Source: Chara braunii (Eukaryota > Plantae > Charophyceae). Taken from it: DNA of 64,000 bases. Both the position numbers and the translations under genes were made by a program. The stretch is from positions 4,358,696 to 4,422,695 of the forward strand of contig BFEA01000019.1 in assembly GCA_003427395.1 (NCBI GenBank), read 5' to 3'. A model generated the notes under the pieces. The model did not search any database. It was not told the origin of the DNA and saw only the letters and a program-made list of their open reading frames with translations. This document shows positions 11,382-24,090 of the stretch, in pieces; the stretch's first letter is position 1, and every line of letters begins with the position of its first letter.

Positions 11382-12893
11382 TTACAAGAGGAAGTTGCAT
11401 TGCGTGAAACATCGCACCCAGTGAATCCAACAGCCATTCATCCTTGAAGAAAAGTTTATCAGACAGTCGTCGAAATATTCATCTGGGAAATTCCTTGCCC
11501 GCAGCTTCATCTTCAGAGTAAATAAAAAACACACATCAGCTCCAGGTATCGTCGTTAAGGCCTTCGCCCGGTGAAAACATGCAGTAATAACAGACATTTT
11601 TTGTTGCTTATCTGAGTACGAGCCAAAGTCTTGCAAACACTGAAACAGAATCCCTTCGTTAATGATGAATCGCTCGTTCTTGTGAATAGCCGCAGAGAGC
11701 ACCTTGCATGGCTGATGAAAGACCTTGATAACACATCCCAAAAAGTCCCATGTATCGCTGCAACTCGTCACCTCCAAGACCAAATTGTCATCGTAGCACG
11801 TTTGGAACAATTTCAGTCTATTCCTTGCGGCGGCTCTGCTGTAATTAGACCCGATACGATATTTCGACAGAATTGAGACATCGTCGACCAATCTCATCCC
11901 AAAGAGCATCTTCCGTTCGTTCCCCGACTGTTTAAGACAGTCAAATTCATTGAAGGCACATAAGAGACAAGCTAGGGCCGGACTCGGCGTCTTCCCCATC
12001 GAAATGTCGAGATTCTGTTTCAGTACTACTCCCATCGCGGTCATGTATGTATTCCCAAGGTCAAAACCTACCAAAGGCAACAAAACTTTAAAACGTAGAC
12101 GAATATAGCATGTGGGGACATTCTTCCATTTACCCAGCAGTGCTCCTTTCCCCCTCTTTCTAACAAAAATATCATTGAATCCTTTTTCCTCATAACCGTG
12201 AATCAACCATTCAACTGCCTTGATAATTGAGACATGAGGGAGTGCAGTGAACATTTCCTTTACGTCAAAACTGGAGGCGAGCACCTCTTCATCTGGCTGA
12301 AGGCTCAAATTGAAGGACTCAAGTTTTCTCATCGTATCATTAGGACATCGAAGATTAAAGTGAGAATCATCTGGAAGAGTCCATAAAAGTTTATTCACCG
12401 CTTTAGACACAACTCGGCTAACTCGCACTAAAGGGTCAAAAAAGGAGGGGCAGATGGGTCGCCATTTAGCAAAGTTTTCGTGTTTCGGTATAGAATAGGA
12501 TTTTTCCAAACTACCTTGTATATTAAACGTAGTAATCTTCTCAATTCCTAATTTTCGATATGCTTTCTTCGTCTCGTTGATGACCATTTGCTCCGACTGT
12601 TGTATATGCTCAAAACCTCCATTATTTGTAAAAAGAGATTCCATCCCCTTCTGGAACACTATAGGACAGCAGACAAAGCTATCTCCGGCGTTATGATCGA
12701 TTGGGCACATAACTAACTGATCCAAACATTTTTTAACCCCCAAAACTCTAATCAAATCATTATCAGAATGATGCTGACCCCTACCATTGTTATTAAAACA
12801 CCTGCGTAACTGGTAGTTCAAAATTGAAAAGACATTTGTACCTTCCTGAATGCTGCTCAGCCCGTCAAGAATGTACTTCCTAAGCTGTTGCAA
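11382..12893 (-). CDS. Penelope-like reverse transcriptase (open remnant of a disrupted EN-RT ORF)
   Basis: 503-aa ORF with KWRPI, SFDVKEMFTALPH, QxxDISMGKTPSPALA, RLVDDV and DFLG motifs typical of PLE RTs. The upstream part (12900-14235) is broken by stops and frameshifts. Confidence 0.9.
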   Translation of the reverse strand: MQQLRKYILDGLSSIQEGTNVFSILNYQLRRCFNNNGRGQHHSDNDLIRVLGVKKCLDQLVMCPIDHNAGDSFVCCPIVFQKGMESLFTNNGGFEHIQQSEQMVINETKKAYRKLGIEKITTFNIQGSLEKSYSIPKHENFAKWRPICPSFFDPLVRVSRVVSKAVNKLLWTLPDDSHFNLRCPNDTMRKLESFNLSLQPDEEVLASSFDVKEMFTALPHVSIIKAVEWLIHGYEEKGFNDIFVRKRGKGALLGKWKNVPTCYIRLRFKVLLPLVGFDLGNTYMTAMGVVLKQNLDISMGKTPSPALACLLCAFNEFDCLKQSGNERKMLFGMRLVDDVSILSKYRIGSNYSRAAARNRLKLFQTCYDDNLVLEVTSCSDTWDFLGCVIKVFHQPCKVLSAAIHKNERFIINEGILFQCLQDFGSYSDKQQKMSVITACFHRAKALTTIPGADVCFLFTLKMKLRARNFPDEYFDDCLINFSSRMNGCWIHWVRCFTQCNFLL

Positions 12894-13749
12894 GTTCTGA
12901 CAATTGGCAGGGTAAAGAATGTTCTTATCGTTCTTTGCGATACTCAGAATCCACTGTGCCTCGCTAAATCTAAACGCTACATGTTCACCAGATCTCGGAG
13001 GTTCAAGCCCTTCACATGAGCAAACGAAAGATGACTGCCTCGAAAGCTTCCTACAACCGATCTTTTGTAAGGAAGGATGAATCGAAGAGGTTCGAATAAT
13101 AGACAGACAAAGGTCCCTAACATGTTTCTTCGAAGGCCGGAACCAAAAGGAATCTTCACAACTAATCTAATTCTAAGCTTGACAGAGAAACGACTTTTGA
13201 CAACACGAGCTATAGTCGCTCGTAAATTCGCCCTACTCTCTTTTCTCAAAAAACATCTGACACAATTGTACATCAGTAAAAGCCTATCTAACGGCTCCCG
13301 ATACAATCTCTTGCACCTCGAGGGATTTTTCAGGATCTCAATAAGTTCCCCTTTTTGCTTCTCAAATCTAGAACAAAACGTGAGATTTTCTCAAAGAGGA
13401 GACTAGCCCCCGATACCAGATTGTCCCTACAATGTTTAAGTAACTTTGTCCCACTCTCCGTTCTTACCACAGACGAACCATAACACCGTTTTAAGACTTT
13501 CCACCTACCGGTCAAAACATTACCTCGTACGCATCTCACCGATACTGTCCGAACATGTCGACAGAAGCACTCGTCCAAAATTTCTTGAATACTAGTGGAG
13601 CTCACCCCAATGGACGGTTCAAACAGACACGGAGCCTTGCACATAATAGTGTTATTATCGCAGTTGTTACATCTTCCTTTCCTTCGCCTCCATTCCCGTT
13701 TACCCGGTCGTTGTTTCCTTCTTTCTTTCCGTCTCTCGTGAGTAGAGAT

Positions 13750-14020
13750 TGAATTCAGGAAAGGATTAAACAGTCTAATAAAATATGTTTTCGTTTGTAA
13801 TAATTGTTCAGTGCTGGTACATGCAATAGGAACCGCTACGTACCCTCAACCTGACAGTGTAAGCCACCGGTATAATCTATGATTTCAAACGCTTGAATTC
13901 AATGGGGCATTGACTCTACCAACATGTTCTTACCATCTGCACTGAGCCGATCTAGAAGAGCAACCTTCATAAACATGCTTGCACCAAGGTGATACCAATA
14001 CATAAACCAATGGACCGGGG
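13750..14020 (-). pseudogene. GIY-YIG endonuclease domain, inactivated
   Basis: One frame reads LVYVLVSPWCKHVYEGCSSRSAQCRW*EH...LYRWL...QTKTYFIRLFNPFLN, i.e. VY..YxG..R..H..(E>K)..FI..NPxLN, with three in-frame stops. Confidence 0.8.
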
Positions 14021-14221
14021 CATGAAATAAAGTCATAGTCTACAGACAATAAATAGCGAATAAATGGAATAAACTTGTCGCACCATGAAATCCGTCTCAG
14101 GAGAATTGACGAAAGCACGGCCAAACGAAAAACGTTATCGATCTTACCGTCCTTTAACAATTCCTTGTTTCCTACACGCAAGAGCGAGATTGAAAAGCTC
14201 GCCCACACTCGGCAGCCAACC

Positions 14222-15626
14222 TTAACATCCTTCATAGACTTCCTGTTCCCCCTCTTCTCTTTGATTTTCCCCTGCTAAATCCTTCTCTGAGTCTTCGATC
14301 ACCTGGACGTCGTCATCTCCAAGAGTCCGTTTTCGTTCCCGTTTTACGCTCCGTATAAATCCCCGCAATTTCTTCAGCAGAAGTCTTAATGGTGACGTAG
14401 GTGAGTTTCTCCTCATCACACAACTTCTCAATCTCCCTCTTCTTCATCTTCAAAAGTTCAGCACATACTCTTCTTCAAAAACCCTCTCTGTCCTCGTCCT
14501 TCAGTTTAGCAAATCCGACATGCGTCGGTACATCCGATTCCTGCAATTTCTTTGGGCTGGCTGCCTTACTTAATCGAATCCTCAAATTCGACGGTGATCC
14601 GCTTTTCCGTGTCATATGCTTGCATTTAGTACTCATCGGGGTCGGGGTGGTAGCAACACTAATCCGCCCAATCCTCTCTTTCAAGGCCTGTATCATCACT
14701 GAGTCGTCTGTAGGATTCAACCAATTTCACATAGTCTCCTGGCGTAGGAAAACTGGCCCCCGTCACATTCGACGTATTCGACGGCGCATTCTTCCTCATG
14801 GTTTCTGCCCCAGATTGGTTCGCTCCTTTCTTCAACGCGTCGACTTGCTCTTTCAAATACATCACGTCCTCTATTAAACGTTGGTTGTCCGATCGCAGGG
14901 ACTGTAGCTCGTGCTCCGCATCACTTGTCCGAATGGCTTTCCGTTGTAGGTCAGCCATCGCTTGTTTCAGCTCCAGGATTTCTTCATCTTTTCTTTTGCT
15001 GACATCATCCTCTTGGTCCTTCCTAGAATCTTCACTAGTCCTTCTGACGTCTTTCGTAGTCACCGTCACGAAAGGTTCACCGATTTCAACTTTCTTGCCC
15101 AGAACTTCCTCACACACACGCTTCATCTGACTCTCGACCATACATCCAATACTTGTCTTGAACTCCTCTTTCTCCTTCTCCTCCTTACTTTTATTTTCCT
15201 CCTTTTTTTTCTTTCTCATTTCCTCCTCTTTCTTGGCCTCCTCCTTTTCTTTCTTTATTCGTTCCCGTTCAGCCATCTCACCGGACACCATGTCCACATT
15301 CGTTCAACCTTATCGTTCCTTTCCCTATAGTCAAGATTCCACGACCTTCTCCCATTATATCCTCCATTATTACCACCGTTGTTACACACGCCGCGGCCGT
15401 ACCGGCCATTCAGTCCGCCACTCCCTTGATTGGCACGCACTTCCTGCGAAGGCTCCTGAGAGGAATGATGGCACCTGGAGACTGTAGGGTCAGAGCAGAA
15501 CTGGATGATGACGCCTGATTAGGCCGATTGAACTGATTCGCCTGCTGTTCCATATCCCGCATACGTGTCCGACACTCTCGAATGAAGTGTCCAAAACTTC
15601 GGCAATAGTGACACACGTGGGTACAT
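14222..15626 (-). pseudogene. gag-like ORF1: CCHC zinc knuckle plus long coiled coil, frameshifted
   Basis: CHYCRSFGHFIREC (CX2CX4HX4C) at ~15572-15613, an NGGY-rich linker, then E/K-rich coiled-coil pieces (14659-15297, 14475-14720). Confidence 0.75.
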
Positions 15627-15871
15627 TAAATCGTTGGAGGGGAGATGAACACAGTGATAAGCCCCGAAACAGAGAAAAGAGTAACAGGGCAGGTCGAAAC
15701 CGTATCGATGCAAAGGCTAAAAACATAGACAGTAGGCAGTAAGAAGTAGGTAGGTCGGTGGAAGATAAGGTGTGTAGGTAGAAATAAGGTGTGTAGAAAT
15801 AAGGCGTGTAGGTGGAGACGCAATCACACAATCGTAGTATAATTGCTATGTTGGTTAGTGCGTGAACTAAT

Positions 15872-16489
15872 GTTGCAAACATCAGTCAAAGTGAGACAAA
15901 CACGAATGTGTTCAATTCACACAAAGGTGTAGTATACACATAGCACACCACACAGGAGATATGAAAACCGAGCGCACGTACGCCTCAAAATATAAAACAT
16001 AACAAAACAGACGCAATTCAGGTGACGAGACCCTACACCGTGTTTCTGCTGGTCGCCTGTCCGGCTTCATCAGGGGTCAACTGATACCTAGCGCAGGATG
16101 GAAGGAGAGCTGTTACAAAACTGCTTATACCTTTGTAGCACATTCTACATCGTCACTAGTCCTACGACCGACCGGTTCGTCGACCAATTCGAAGATGCTG
16201 GAACCGAAACCCCATGCAGAAACTTCAGGAAACTACTCGTGAAAAAGCGAAGTGGTCAAAGGATCGACGCCGACAGAGCAAGGATAAAAAAGGTCAAAAG
16301 GAAACAGATTCCAGTCCTAAAGGTACCGACAGAGAAAAAACAAGTCCTAGGTTCGAGTCCCACCAGGTAAGAGTGCAAAGGTATCTAAAAGCCGGTACTG
16401 AGTTCGAGACCCGAAAGATGGATAATAACAATCCCAGAAAGATGGATAATAACAATGCCCAAAAGATGGGTAATAACAATGCCCGCCAA
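15872..16489 (-). repeat. 5' pseudo-LTR of the Penelope-like element
   Basis: Copy of 10622-11189. Its outer end has three tandem AAAGATGGATAATAACAAT(G)CCC units. Confidence 0.92.
16019..16078 (-). ncRNA. type I hammerhead ribozyme (pLTR copy 2)
   Basis: Same core as 10769-10828; stem III is ACA-CGG-UGU. Confidence 0.85.
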
Positions 16490-16490
16490 G

Positions 16491-16871
16491 TAATGGGTGG
16501 TGTCATTTTCGACGAATTTTTCATCGAAACTGCCACATTTCCCTGAATTTTTGTTTTTTTCTTTTTTTTTGTTTGTTGTATCATATGTATGTGGTTTAGG
16601 GTATATATTGGATCACTTTCAACGTATTTGGACCAGTAACGAAAAAGTTCGCAAAAACACCAAATTCGGGAATTGTTTTCACGAACTCCGAAAGCTACTC
16701 CCGATAGGGTTTTGTAGTGCTCTTGAGTTTTATTTTTTTCCTTTTTTTTTTGCCTGTTTGGTTTTCTGATGTTTGTATTATGAGCCTGCATAGTTTGTTC
16801 GCAAACTTTTCGACGACATTGCACGTAGTGATGCGGCGAAAAACCCCGAATTTTGGGTTTTCCATTAACCA
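16491..16871 (+). mobile_element. MITE with TGGTTAATRG termini, split by the Penelope-like element (left TIR at 10609-10619)
   Basis: Homologous to 18804-19197 and, inverted, to 58972-59238. Ends in CCATTAACCA. Confidence 0.65.
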
Positions 16872-17844
16872 TCTCTCCTGCAATCCGGGCAAATCATGTT
16901 CATGTTCCAATCCCTCGACGTTTGGAGTCTGCATCCCGTGTAGGAACTGTCCCTGGAATCACAAGTGTACCTTCGGTGGGGACCGCATCCTGTTGTACAC
17001 GTGACTCGTGAATATCTACCGCTGAAGGGGTATAAAACATGGTCCTATGGCTGGCTGCAGGCATACGAGCTGCACTGTCTGCAGGAGGCATACGAGCGGA
17101 TATTGGCGTTTGGAACAAAGGAACCGCAATAACCTGTGGAGCAGGCACAGAGAGAATTGGGGCAGACAAAGAAACAGGCTGCTGATCCCTGGACAAGCGA
17201 TGATTCGGCACGGCACGAGCCGGCGAATGATACACAACAAGAGGAGTGGTGGTGTTGCAAACTGAAGATGAACATGTCTCTGGCAACGAAGGTGGAACGG
17301 TGGGAGCAATGGGAACTGGAGAGTTGGTTCGCAAGCGAGACCATGGAGGAGATGGGGGTGGCGAGGAGGAGCGCAGCCGTCTGCAGCTACACACAGAAAG
17401 AGACGAGAGCGGGGTCGATTGGGCAGCATTTCAAAATAAAGGAGGGATAGCAGCGTTGGCGGGAGAGAGCATGTAGCAGCTCCACCCCTTAGCAAGGGTC
17501 AGTGGGGAATGCCCACGAGATAGCATCCGGCGAGTAGTGTTGTTGCCGCAGTTTGAACTTCCCACCAATTATTGCAGATATGTTCAAAGCTGGTCAATTC
17601 AATTGCCCAGTGAACACACGGGTCGGTTGAAGGGAAGGGATGTTGGAGGTCGCACTTGGATAAGGAATGACAGGGAAGTCCCAAGCAGCTGCTTTGTCAA
17701 ATTCAGGGTATCAAAAACAGATCTCCTGTCATAAGAAAGCACACATTCGCCACCTGATGAATTTCACGAGGCAGCTGATTTTGCCACATGACCGTCTGTA
17801 CCACGCGGGCACACACTCTGCTGAAGGTCAAGGGCATCCTCACA

Positions 17845-18536
17845 CAGGTAGGACTTTTTCTGCCAATTTATGCAGGCGATTGCAGTCAGATTCATCGAGT
17901 CCGGCCATAACCACAGTCAGGTACATTGAGGAAAGTGATCGTGTGAGTATGCTCTCAGTCGGTACACCATGTAAGGTTGAAACAAAGACCCCCCAAGTTG
18001 GAATCTGACCTGAGTTGAAAACAGAACTCCTGAGTTCAAATGCATCGACTATGTTCAGTTGTGGTGGAGGGGGGGTTACGCCCCTCCCCCTCCCCCTCCC
18101 CCTCCCCCACAAATGAATTGTTAAAATAGACCCCCCGAGTTTGAATCTGCTGTTGAATACAGACCTGAGTTCATGAGTCTGAATCCGCTGTTGAATACAG
18201 ACCTGAGTTCGTGAGTCTGAATCTGCTGTTGAATACAGACCTGACTCCAAATGCGTCCACTATGTTCAGTTGTCCCCCTCCCACCCACACTCCTCCCCAT
18301 CCAATGTCAGCTTAGCTGTGCTGAATCTCAGGGCATCTTACTTGCACTAGGACTTTTTATGCCCACAACATTTATGTCACTGCTGTCAGATACATTTGAG
18401 GACGTGCTACTGTGAGTGTGCCCTGAGTCAGCACACCGATGAAGTGTTGACATTTGGACCTGAGTCCGAAGAGACCAAGGAAACGCACGAGTTCGAGTCT
18501 ACTGTTGAATACAGACCTGGTTCGAATACAGACCTG

Positions 18537-18616
<80 letters not shown>

Positions 18617-18790
18617 GTTGAATCCCACACCCTTCGTCGCCCTAGAGACGAAGGAAAAGCATGAGAATTTGAATCCACTGTTGAAGACAGACCTGGTTCG
18701 TCGGCTATGTCTCCCTGCCCCTCCACACCCCTCCCGCGCCCTAGAGACGAAGGAAAAGCTCGCGTTCAAATCCACTCTTCTTCAATACAG
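17845..18790 (+). repeat. dispersed modular repeat family, cluster with (CT)n
   Basis: Same blocks as 5866-6730. Three tandem ~38-bp TGAATC.GCTGTTGAATACAGACCTGAG units at 18142-18245. Confidence 0.75.
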
Positions 18791-18803
18791 ACCCTGGTTT
18801 ACT

Positions 18804-19197
18804 TGGTTAATAGGTGGTGGGTGTCATTGTGGCCAAAGTTTTCACTGGAACTGCCATATTGTTTTTGTCCTGATTTTCTGCTGTTCTTTTTCTTATGGTT
18901 TCTTTTGGGGGGGGGGTATGATGTGTATGTGCTTTAGGGTATACCATGTATCCAATTTGGAGAATTTTGGACATATTTGGACCATCGACGAAAAAAGTTG
19001 GCAAAAACACCGCTTATTTGAATTGTTAGGGCTTTATAGTACTTTCTAGTTTGTTTTTTTTTCGTTTTTTTTTTTTTTTGCCTGTTTGTTTTTTATGTTT
19101 GTATTATGAGCTTGCATTGGTCGTTTCCAAAATTTGCCACCACGTCACTTGTAGCTATCCGCCCGAAAACACCGAATTTTCGGCCTTCCATTAACCA
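18804..19197 (+). mobile_element. MITE with TGGTTAATRG termini
   Basis: TGGTTAATAGG ... TCCATTAACCA inverted ends; interior colinear with 16500-16871. Confidence 0.6.
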
Positions 19198-20195
19198 TCT
19201 CTCTGTTCTAATACGTGGGCTATGTCTGGCTGGGCCCTCCACACCCCTCCCCGGCCCACCATGTCATCTTTGCTGAAGCTCGGGGCATCAAGTCTAAATT
19301 TCAGTTGGCATATGTCATCTTTGCTGAAGTTCGGGGGCATCTAGTCTAAATTTCCGTTGGCATACATCTAGAATAAAACAAAAAGTAGGCGGAGGCGTGT
19401 AGAGGAGTACGGTCTCTTCCCTTATAGGACGAACGGTCATTGCAGTTGTATCTAGAAGGAAAGTCGCCGCAAAAAGCGCTATAACAGACAGCAGCGACCC
19501 GCAAAAATATATGCAAAAAAAAAAAGTAAATATGCACAAAAATAGTAAATATGCATTAAAAATAGTAAACATGCACTTGTCACTCTCCATCACTTATCAC
19601 TCTCTCGGTGACTACCACGCCTCGCCTCTCTTCGCAGACGTGGCCAGTCTATGCAGAGGCAGGGCAATTGGTTGATTAGGTAATCAAAAACTTTGGTTGA
19701 TTGGTTGATTAGGTAATCAAAAACTTTGGTTGAAAAGAGGCAGGGTATGAAATGAATCGGAAATGTTGAAGGGTAATCAAAAAAATTGGTTGATTAGTGA
19801 CTCCGGGAAAAGGAATCCTGATGAGTGACTCCGGCGCCGCAGGAAAGAAGCCGGCCTTGCACTCACAAAGGGGTGTGAGAGTCGGGAAGAAGAAAACGAG
19901 GAAGTATGATCATAGTGCGATCTCCGAAGGGGGATGCTCAACCTCCCACCTCATAAACAGAGATTACAGTCTTGAAGCGTTTTTTTTTCACAAACGAACG
20001 AACAAAAAAAAGAGAGTCGGCTGGAGGGACGTATTCCTCCTTATGCTCCGATTTCCGACTTGCACTCCTGCGGTAAGGTCCCCTAGGATTGGATTTAACG
20101 CCTGAATCTCTACGTGTTCGCAGAGATATGCATAAGATCGCGATTGATCTGCTTTTCTGCATCTCTGCATAAATACATCCAGATTCATGCGCTTA

Positions 20196-20259
20196 ATCCA
20201 ATCCTCTTTGCTAGTGGGACCTAGCCCCTGGGGTAAGGTGCCACTCTCCCAGATTACCC

Positions 20260-20325
<66 letters not shown>

Positions 20326-20411
20326 GTGAAGCAAAGAATCTTTGCCCGGCTCCAATCCTCTTTGCTAATGGGACCTGGCCCCTGGGGCAAGGTCCCACTC
20401 TCCCAAGTTAC

Positions 20412-20484
<73 letters not shown>

Positions 20485-20550
20485 CTCTTTGCTAATGGGA
20501 CCTAGTCCCGGGGCAAGCCACTGGGGCAAGGTCCCACTCTCCCAGATTAC

Positions 20551-20619
<69 letters not shown>

Positions 20620-20620
20620 G
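20196..20620 (+). repeat. three ~60-bp units each followed by (CT)n
   Basis: CTCTTTGCTARTGGGACCT..CCCTGGGGYAAGGT.CCACTCTCCCA at ~20203, 20358 and 20485. Confidence 0.8.
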
Positions 20621-20790
20621 CAAAAGAGAGAAAGAGAGAGCAATATTGGGAAGCAAAGAATCTTTGCCCGGATCGTCCGTTTCTGCCAGTCAATTGAACG
20701 CCCGGCTGCCACGCGTCGCCCGGCAAACGGGACTTCGGCCCTGTCATTTACGATAAAGATAGAATCAGCGTAATATCTTGCCGCTGGCAT

Positions 20791-20990
20791 GGCGACACGT
20801 GCCAGTCGAGGATTTGTGCTTACCAAGCATGATAGATAACTGCACGCACAACTTTTTGATCCCGCCAATTCGATGATGGCACTAGGGAAGAAACCACCGA
20901 CATATAGATTGCTTGGTAATCATTTATGTTTCGACTCCTGGCGCGGGTGCGTCATCTGTTGTTGTGCCTCATGATGGCATGGTCGGTTAG
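20791..20990 (+). repeat. ~190-bp dispersed repeat (second copy ~25147-25327)
   Basis: GCGACACGTG..GTGCTTACCAA.CATGATAGA.AACTGCAC...CCTGGCGCGGGT.CGTCATCTGTTGTTGTGCCTCATGATG in both places. Confidence 0.8.
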
Positions 20991-21084
20991 AAATTTCAAA
21001 TTTTGACGTGTAATTTCAAAATCTCTCAAATTTTGAGATGTTCATCGCCATGGCCAAGGGCATGCTGAGATGTCGAGGGGGGGA

Positions 21085-21900
21085 CAAGAAACGCAAACAG
21101 GTTCAGGAAGGCAAGGTTAAAAACGCAAACAGGTTCGGAAGCCAAGGTTAGAAACGGAAACAGACTCGGAACAGGTTCGGAAGGCAAGGGCAGAGACGCA
21201 AATAGACTGAGACAGGGGTGAGTAAGGCAAGGTTAGAGACGCAAACAGGTGAGTAAGGCAAGGATAGAGACGCAAACAGGTTCGAAAGGCGAGGTTAGAA
21301 ACGCAAACAGGGTCCAAACAGGGTCGGAAGGCAAGGGCAGAAACTCAAACAGAGTGTAAGACAGGTTACGGAAGGCAAGGTTGGATATGCAAACAGGTTC
21401 CGAAGCCAAGGTTAGATATGCAAACAGGCTCGGAACAGGTTCGGACGGCAAGGACAGGAACTCAAACAGCGACTCAAACAGAGTGTAANACAGGTTACGG
21501 AAGGCAAGGTTAGATATGCAAACAGGTTCCGAAGCCAAGGTTAGATATGCAAACAGGCTCGGAACAGGTTCGGAAGGCAAGGACAGGAACTCAAACAGCG
21601 TGAGACACAGGTCCGTAAGGCAAAGGTTAGAAACCCAAACAGGTCCGGAAGGCAAGGATAGAAACGCAAACAGGTTCCGGAAGGCAAGGATAGAAACGCA
21701 AACACGTTCCGGAAGGCAAGGTTAAAAACGCAAACAGGTTCGGAAGCCAAGGTTAGAAACGCAAAAAACAGGCTCGGAACAGGTTTGGAACCGGTTTGGA
21801 CAGGTGTGGAAGGCAAGGTTTGAGACTCGAACAGGCCCTGAACAAATAGGCTCAAAAAGGCTCGGTACAGGCTGGGAACTCAAACAGGCTCGGTACAGGT
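21085..21900 (+). repeat. ~31-bp minisatellite array
   Basis: About 20 variants of AGGCAAGGTTAGAAACGCAAACAGGTTCGGA, with a ~130-bp higher-order duplication at 21345-21600. Confidence 0.9.
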
Positions 21901-23944
21901 ATTATGGAAGGAAAGGCTTGGGGACACCCTTCTTGGCTGGGTCGGATGTTGAAAAACACAAGCTGAAACAAACAGCGCATGACTGAACTTGGTCACATTT
22001 CCATTAGATGTTCATCCATAGTCACCAGTTTCAGCAGCCGCCGCCCAACGGTCGAGCATGTTCGCAGTGAGCTCTTTCTTTTTCGCCCTCTGGAAAGACG
22101 CGACCCTCTGGGGCTCGCCCCACTACTCACCAAATGCACAAAAAAACACCAAAAAAAAAAGGCGGTGAATCTTCCCATGCTCCAGCGGAAGATTCATTCT
22201 CATTTTGTACATTTGGCCTCGGACAACCGCAATGAAGGGGAGCAAAGTATCTGGGTTCCAAATTCTCGTTTGCAGATGCGACCATAAAATCGAACGTTTG
22301 GATTCCATCAAGGCTGACACTCTCATATTCGCTTTATGATAGATAAAAATAACAATTTATTCGCTTTATTTATGATAGATAAAAATAACAATTTGTATAG
22401 AGTCTTCTTTCAAAAACAAGTAGAGCAACAACAAAAAAAAAAAAAAAAAAAAAAAACCATGTAGAGCGGCGAGGTCCTCTATCGGCAATGCTCTTCAGTC
22501 GCATAGCAAATTTCTCGAGCTCATGAAGAGCCACATTGGATAGAAGAAGTCGGAGAGGGGGCGGGGGGGAGAGCAATGTGGTCCATACTAAAAAAACATG
22601 CACCCTTTGGGCATGTTTGTGGTCTCAATGCATAGGTCCGTAGTATATGAACAGGTTCATGCTTTTGAAGTTAGATCACAGCTAGGTTAGCCCCTGGCCC
22701 CTTTGGATATTTACTACAGTATTTACGGCACCCTGACGGTAGCAGTAATAACCCTTTGGACATTTACCTATGACGCGTTCCTAGTAAAAAACGTTTTCGG
22801 TGGGAACCTACCTAGTAAGCCCTGACGGTTTCAGCGTTTTTTTTGAAACCGAAAACGCTTCGGGTAAAAAACGTTTTCGGTGGGAACCTACCTACCGTCT
22901 TCCCCCGAACATAACGCACCCTATAAATGAATGTATACAGGCTATATCTCCGGCCGGATGCGGCCAAAATAATGGTGCGTTGTGTTCGGGGCAAGACGGT
23001 AGTAAGCCCTGACGGTTTCGGGTAAAAAACGCCGAAATTGCGGCCAGGAACGCAGAAGTTAGGCCACACTCACACTAGGACCTTTTTGTTCGAAGCTGTG
23101 GACGCAATTGCAGTCACATTCATCTGGGTCCCCCTCCACAATTGCAGTCAGATGCATTTAGAAAAAGTCCTCGTGCGAGTATGCCCCTAAATGCCCAAGG
23201 GAATAATAACGTACGAAAGTTAGTTTTACACCAAAAAAAAAAGCAAGGAGACAAACCCACAATTGCAGATGTGGGTCCCTCCACAATTGCAGATTCATCT
23301 GGGTCCCTCCACAATTGCAGATTGGAAGCTGTGGATGTGCAGCATGTCGAGTGGCCGGTACTACAGTATTTTATAGGACAGACCTAAGTGCATATGTGGG
23401 TCACAGATTAGGTTTCGACTGAAGCCTCAGTTGGGTAAAAATCTGCATCAAGTAGTAGAGACCCAATCTCCATAGGACGCATTTTATAGGACGGATTATA
23501 TATATTGTCACAAAATTATCAGAGCGCAAAATATCTGTCCGTCTGTCTAGAAGATGAAAAAGAGTTTTGTTGGTCTATCATCGCATCGACTACCATTCCC
23601 TTCAAACTACCGTTTTTACGGTATGCATGGAAAAAAAAAAAAAATGAAGAAAACGGTGTGTGCTGACTGTTGTCGCGGCTGCTGCCTGTACAGCATCATC
23701 AAAGGAATCAGTGAAGAATCCAATTAGGTCATTGTGATTGATTACTCGTCAAAAAACGAATCAAGCAATCAATCAATCAATCAAACCATCATTCCAACCA
23801 CTCAACAACTCAACTACTTGAGCACGCAGTCCATCAATCAATGGGCCTCGAACCACTGCACAAACATTTTCTAAAAGTGTCCGGAGCAATCAATCCATGA
23901 AGTTCAGGTACATGTCGAATGTTCAGCAGTTGAGCACGGCCAAC

Positions 23945-24090
23945 GAATCAATCAATGAATCAAATTCAATCACTCCATGAAGCAATCAATGAATGAATCG
24001 ATGAATAGAATCCAATCAATGAATGAATCGATGAATAGGATGCAATCAATGAATGAATCGATGAATAGAATGCAATCAATGAATGAATAG
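23945..24090 (+). repeat. 30-bp tandem repeat built from ATGA/ATCA
   Basis: Three copies of ATGAATAGRAT.CAATCAATGAATGAAT.G at 24001-24090. Confidence 0.85.

Larger units (their letters stand above)
10622..16489 (-). mobile_element. near full-length Penelope-like retroelement with N-terminal GIY-YIG (Chlamys/Naiad-type domain order)
   Basis: Direct repeats 10622-11189 and 15872-16489, each with a hammerhead. Internal order is CCHC/coiled-coil ORF1, GIY-YIG, PLE-type RT. No protease, RNase H or integrase seen. Candidate 10-bp TSD TAACGGGTAG / TAATGGGTGG. Confidence 0.9.

Noticed and set aside
13750-13935. Selenocysteine readthrough of in-frame TGA codons
   Set aside because: A TAA and frameshifts occur in the same ORF, so ordinary decay is simpler.
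10622-16489. LTR retrotransposon
   Set aside because: No protease, RNase H or integrase and no clear PBS. The RT motifs, GIY-YIG and hammerheads indicate a Penelope-like element.
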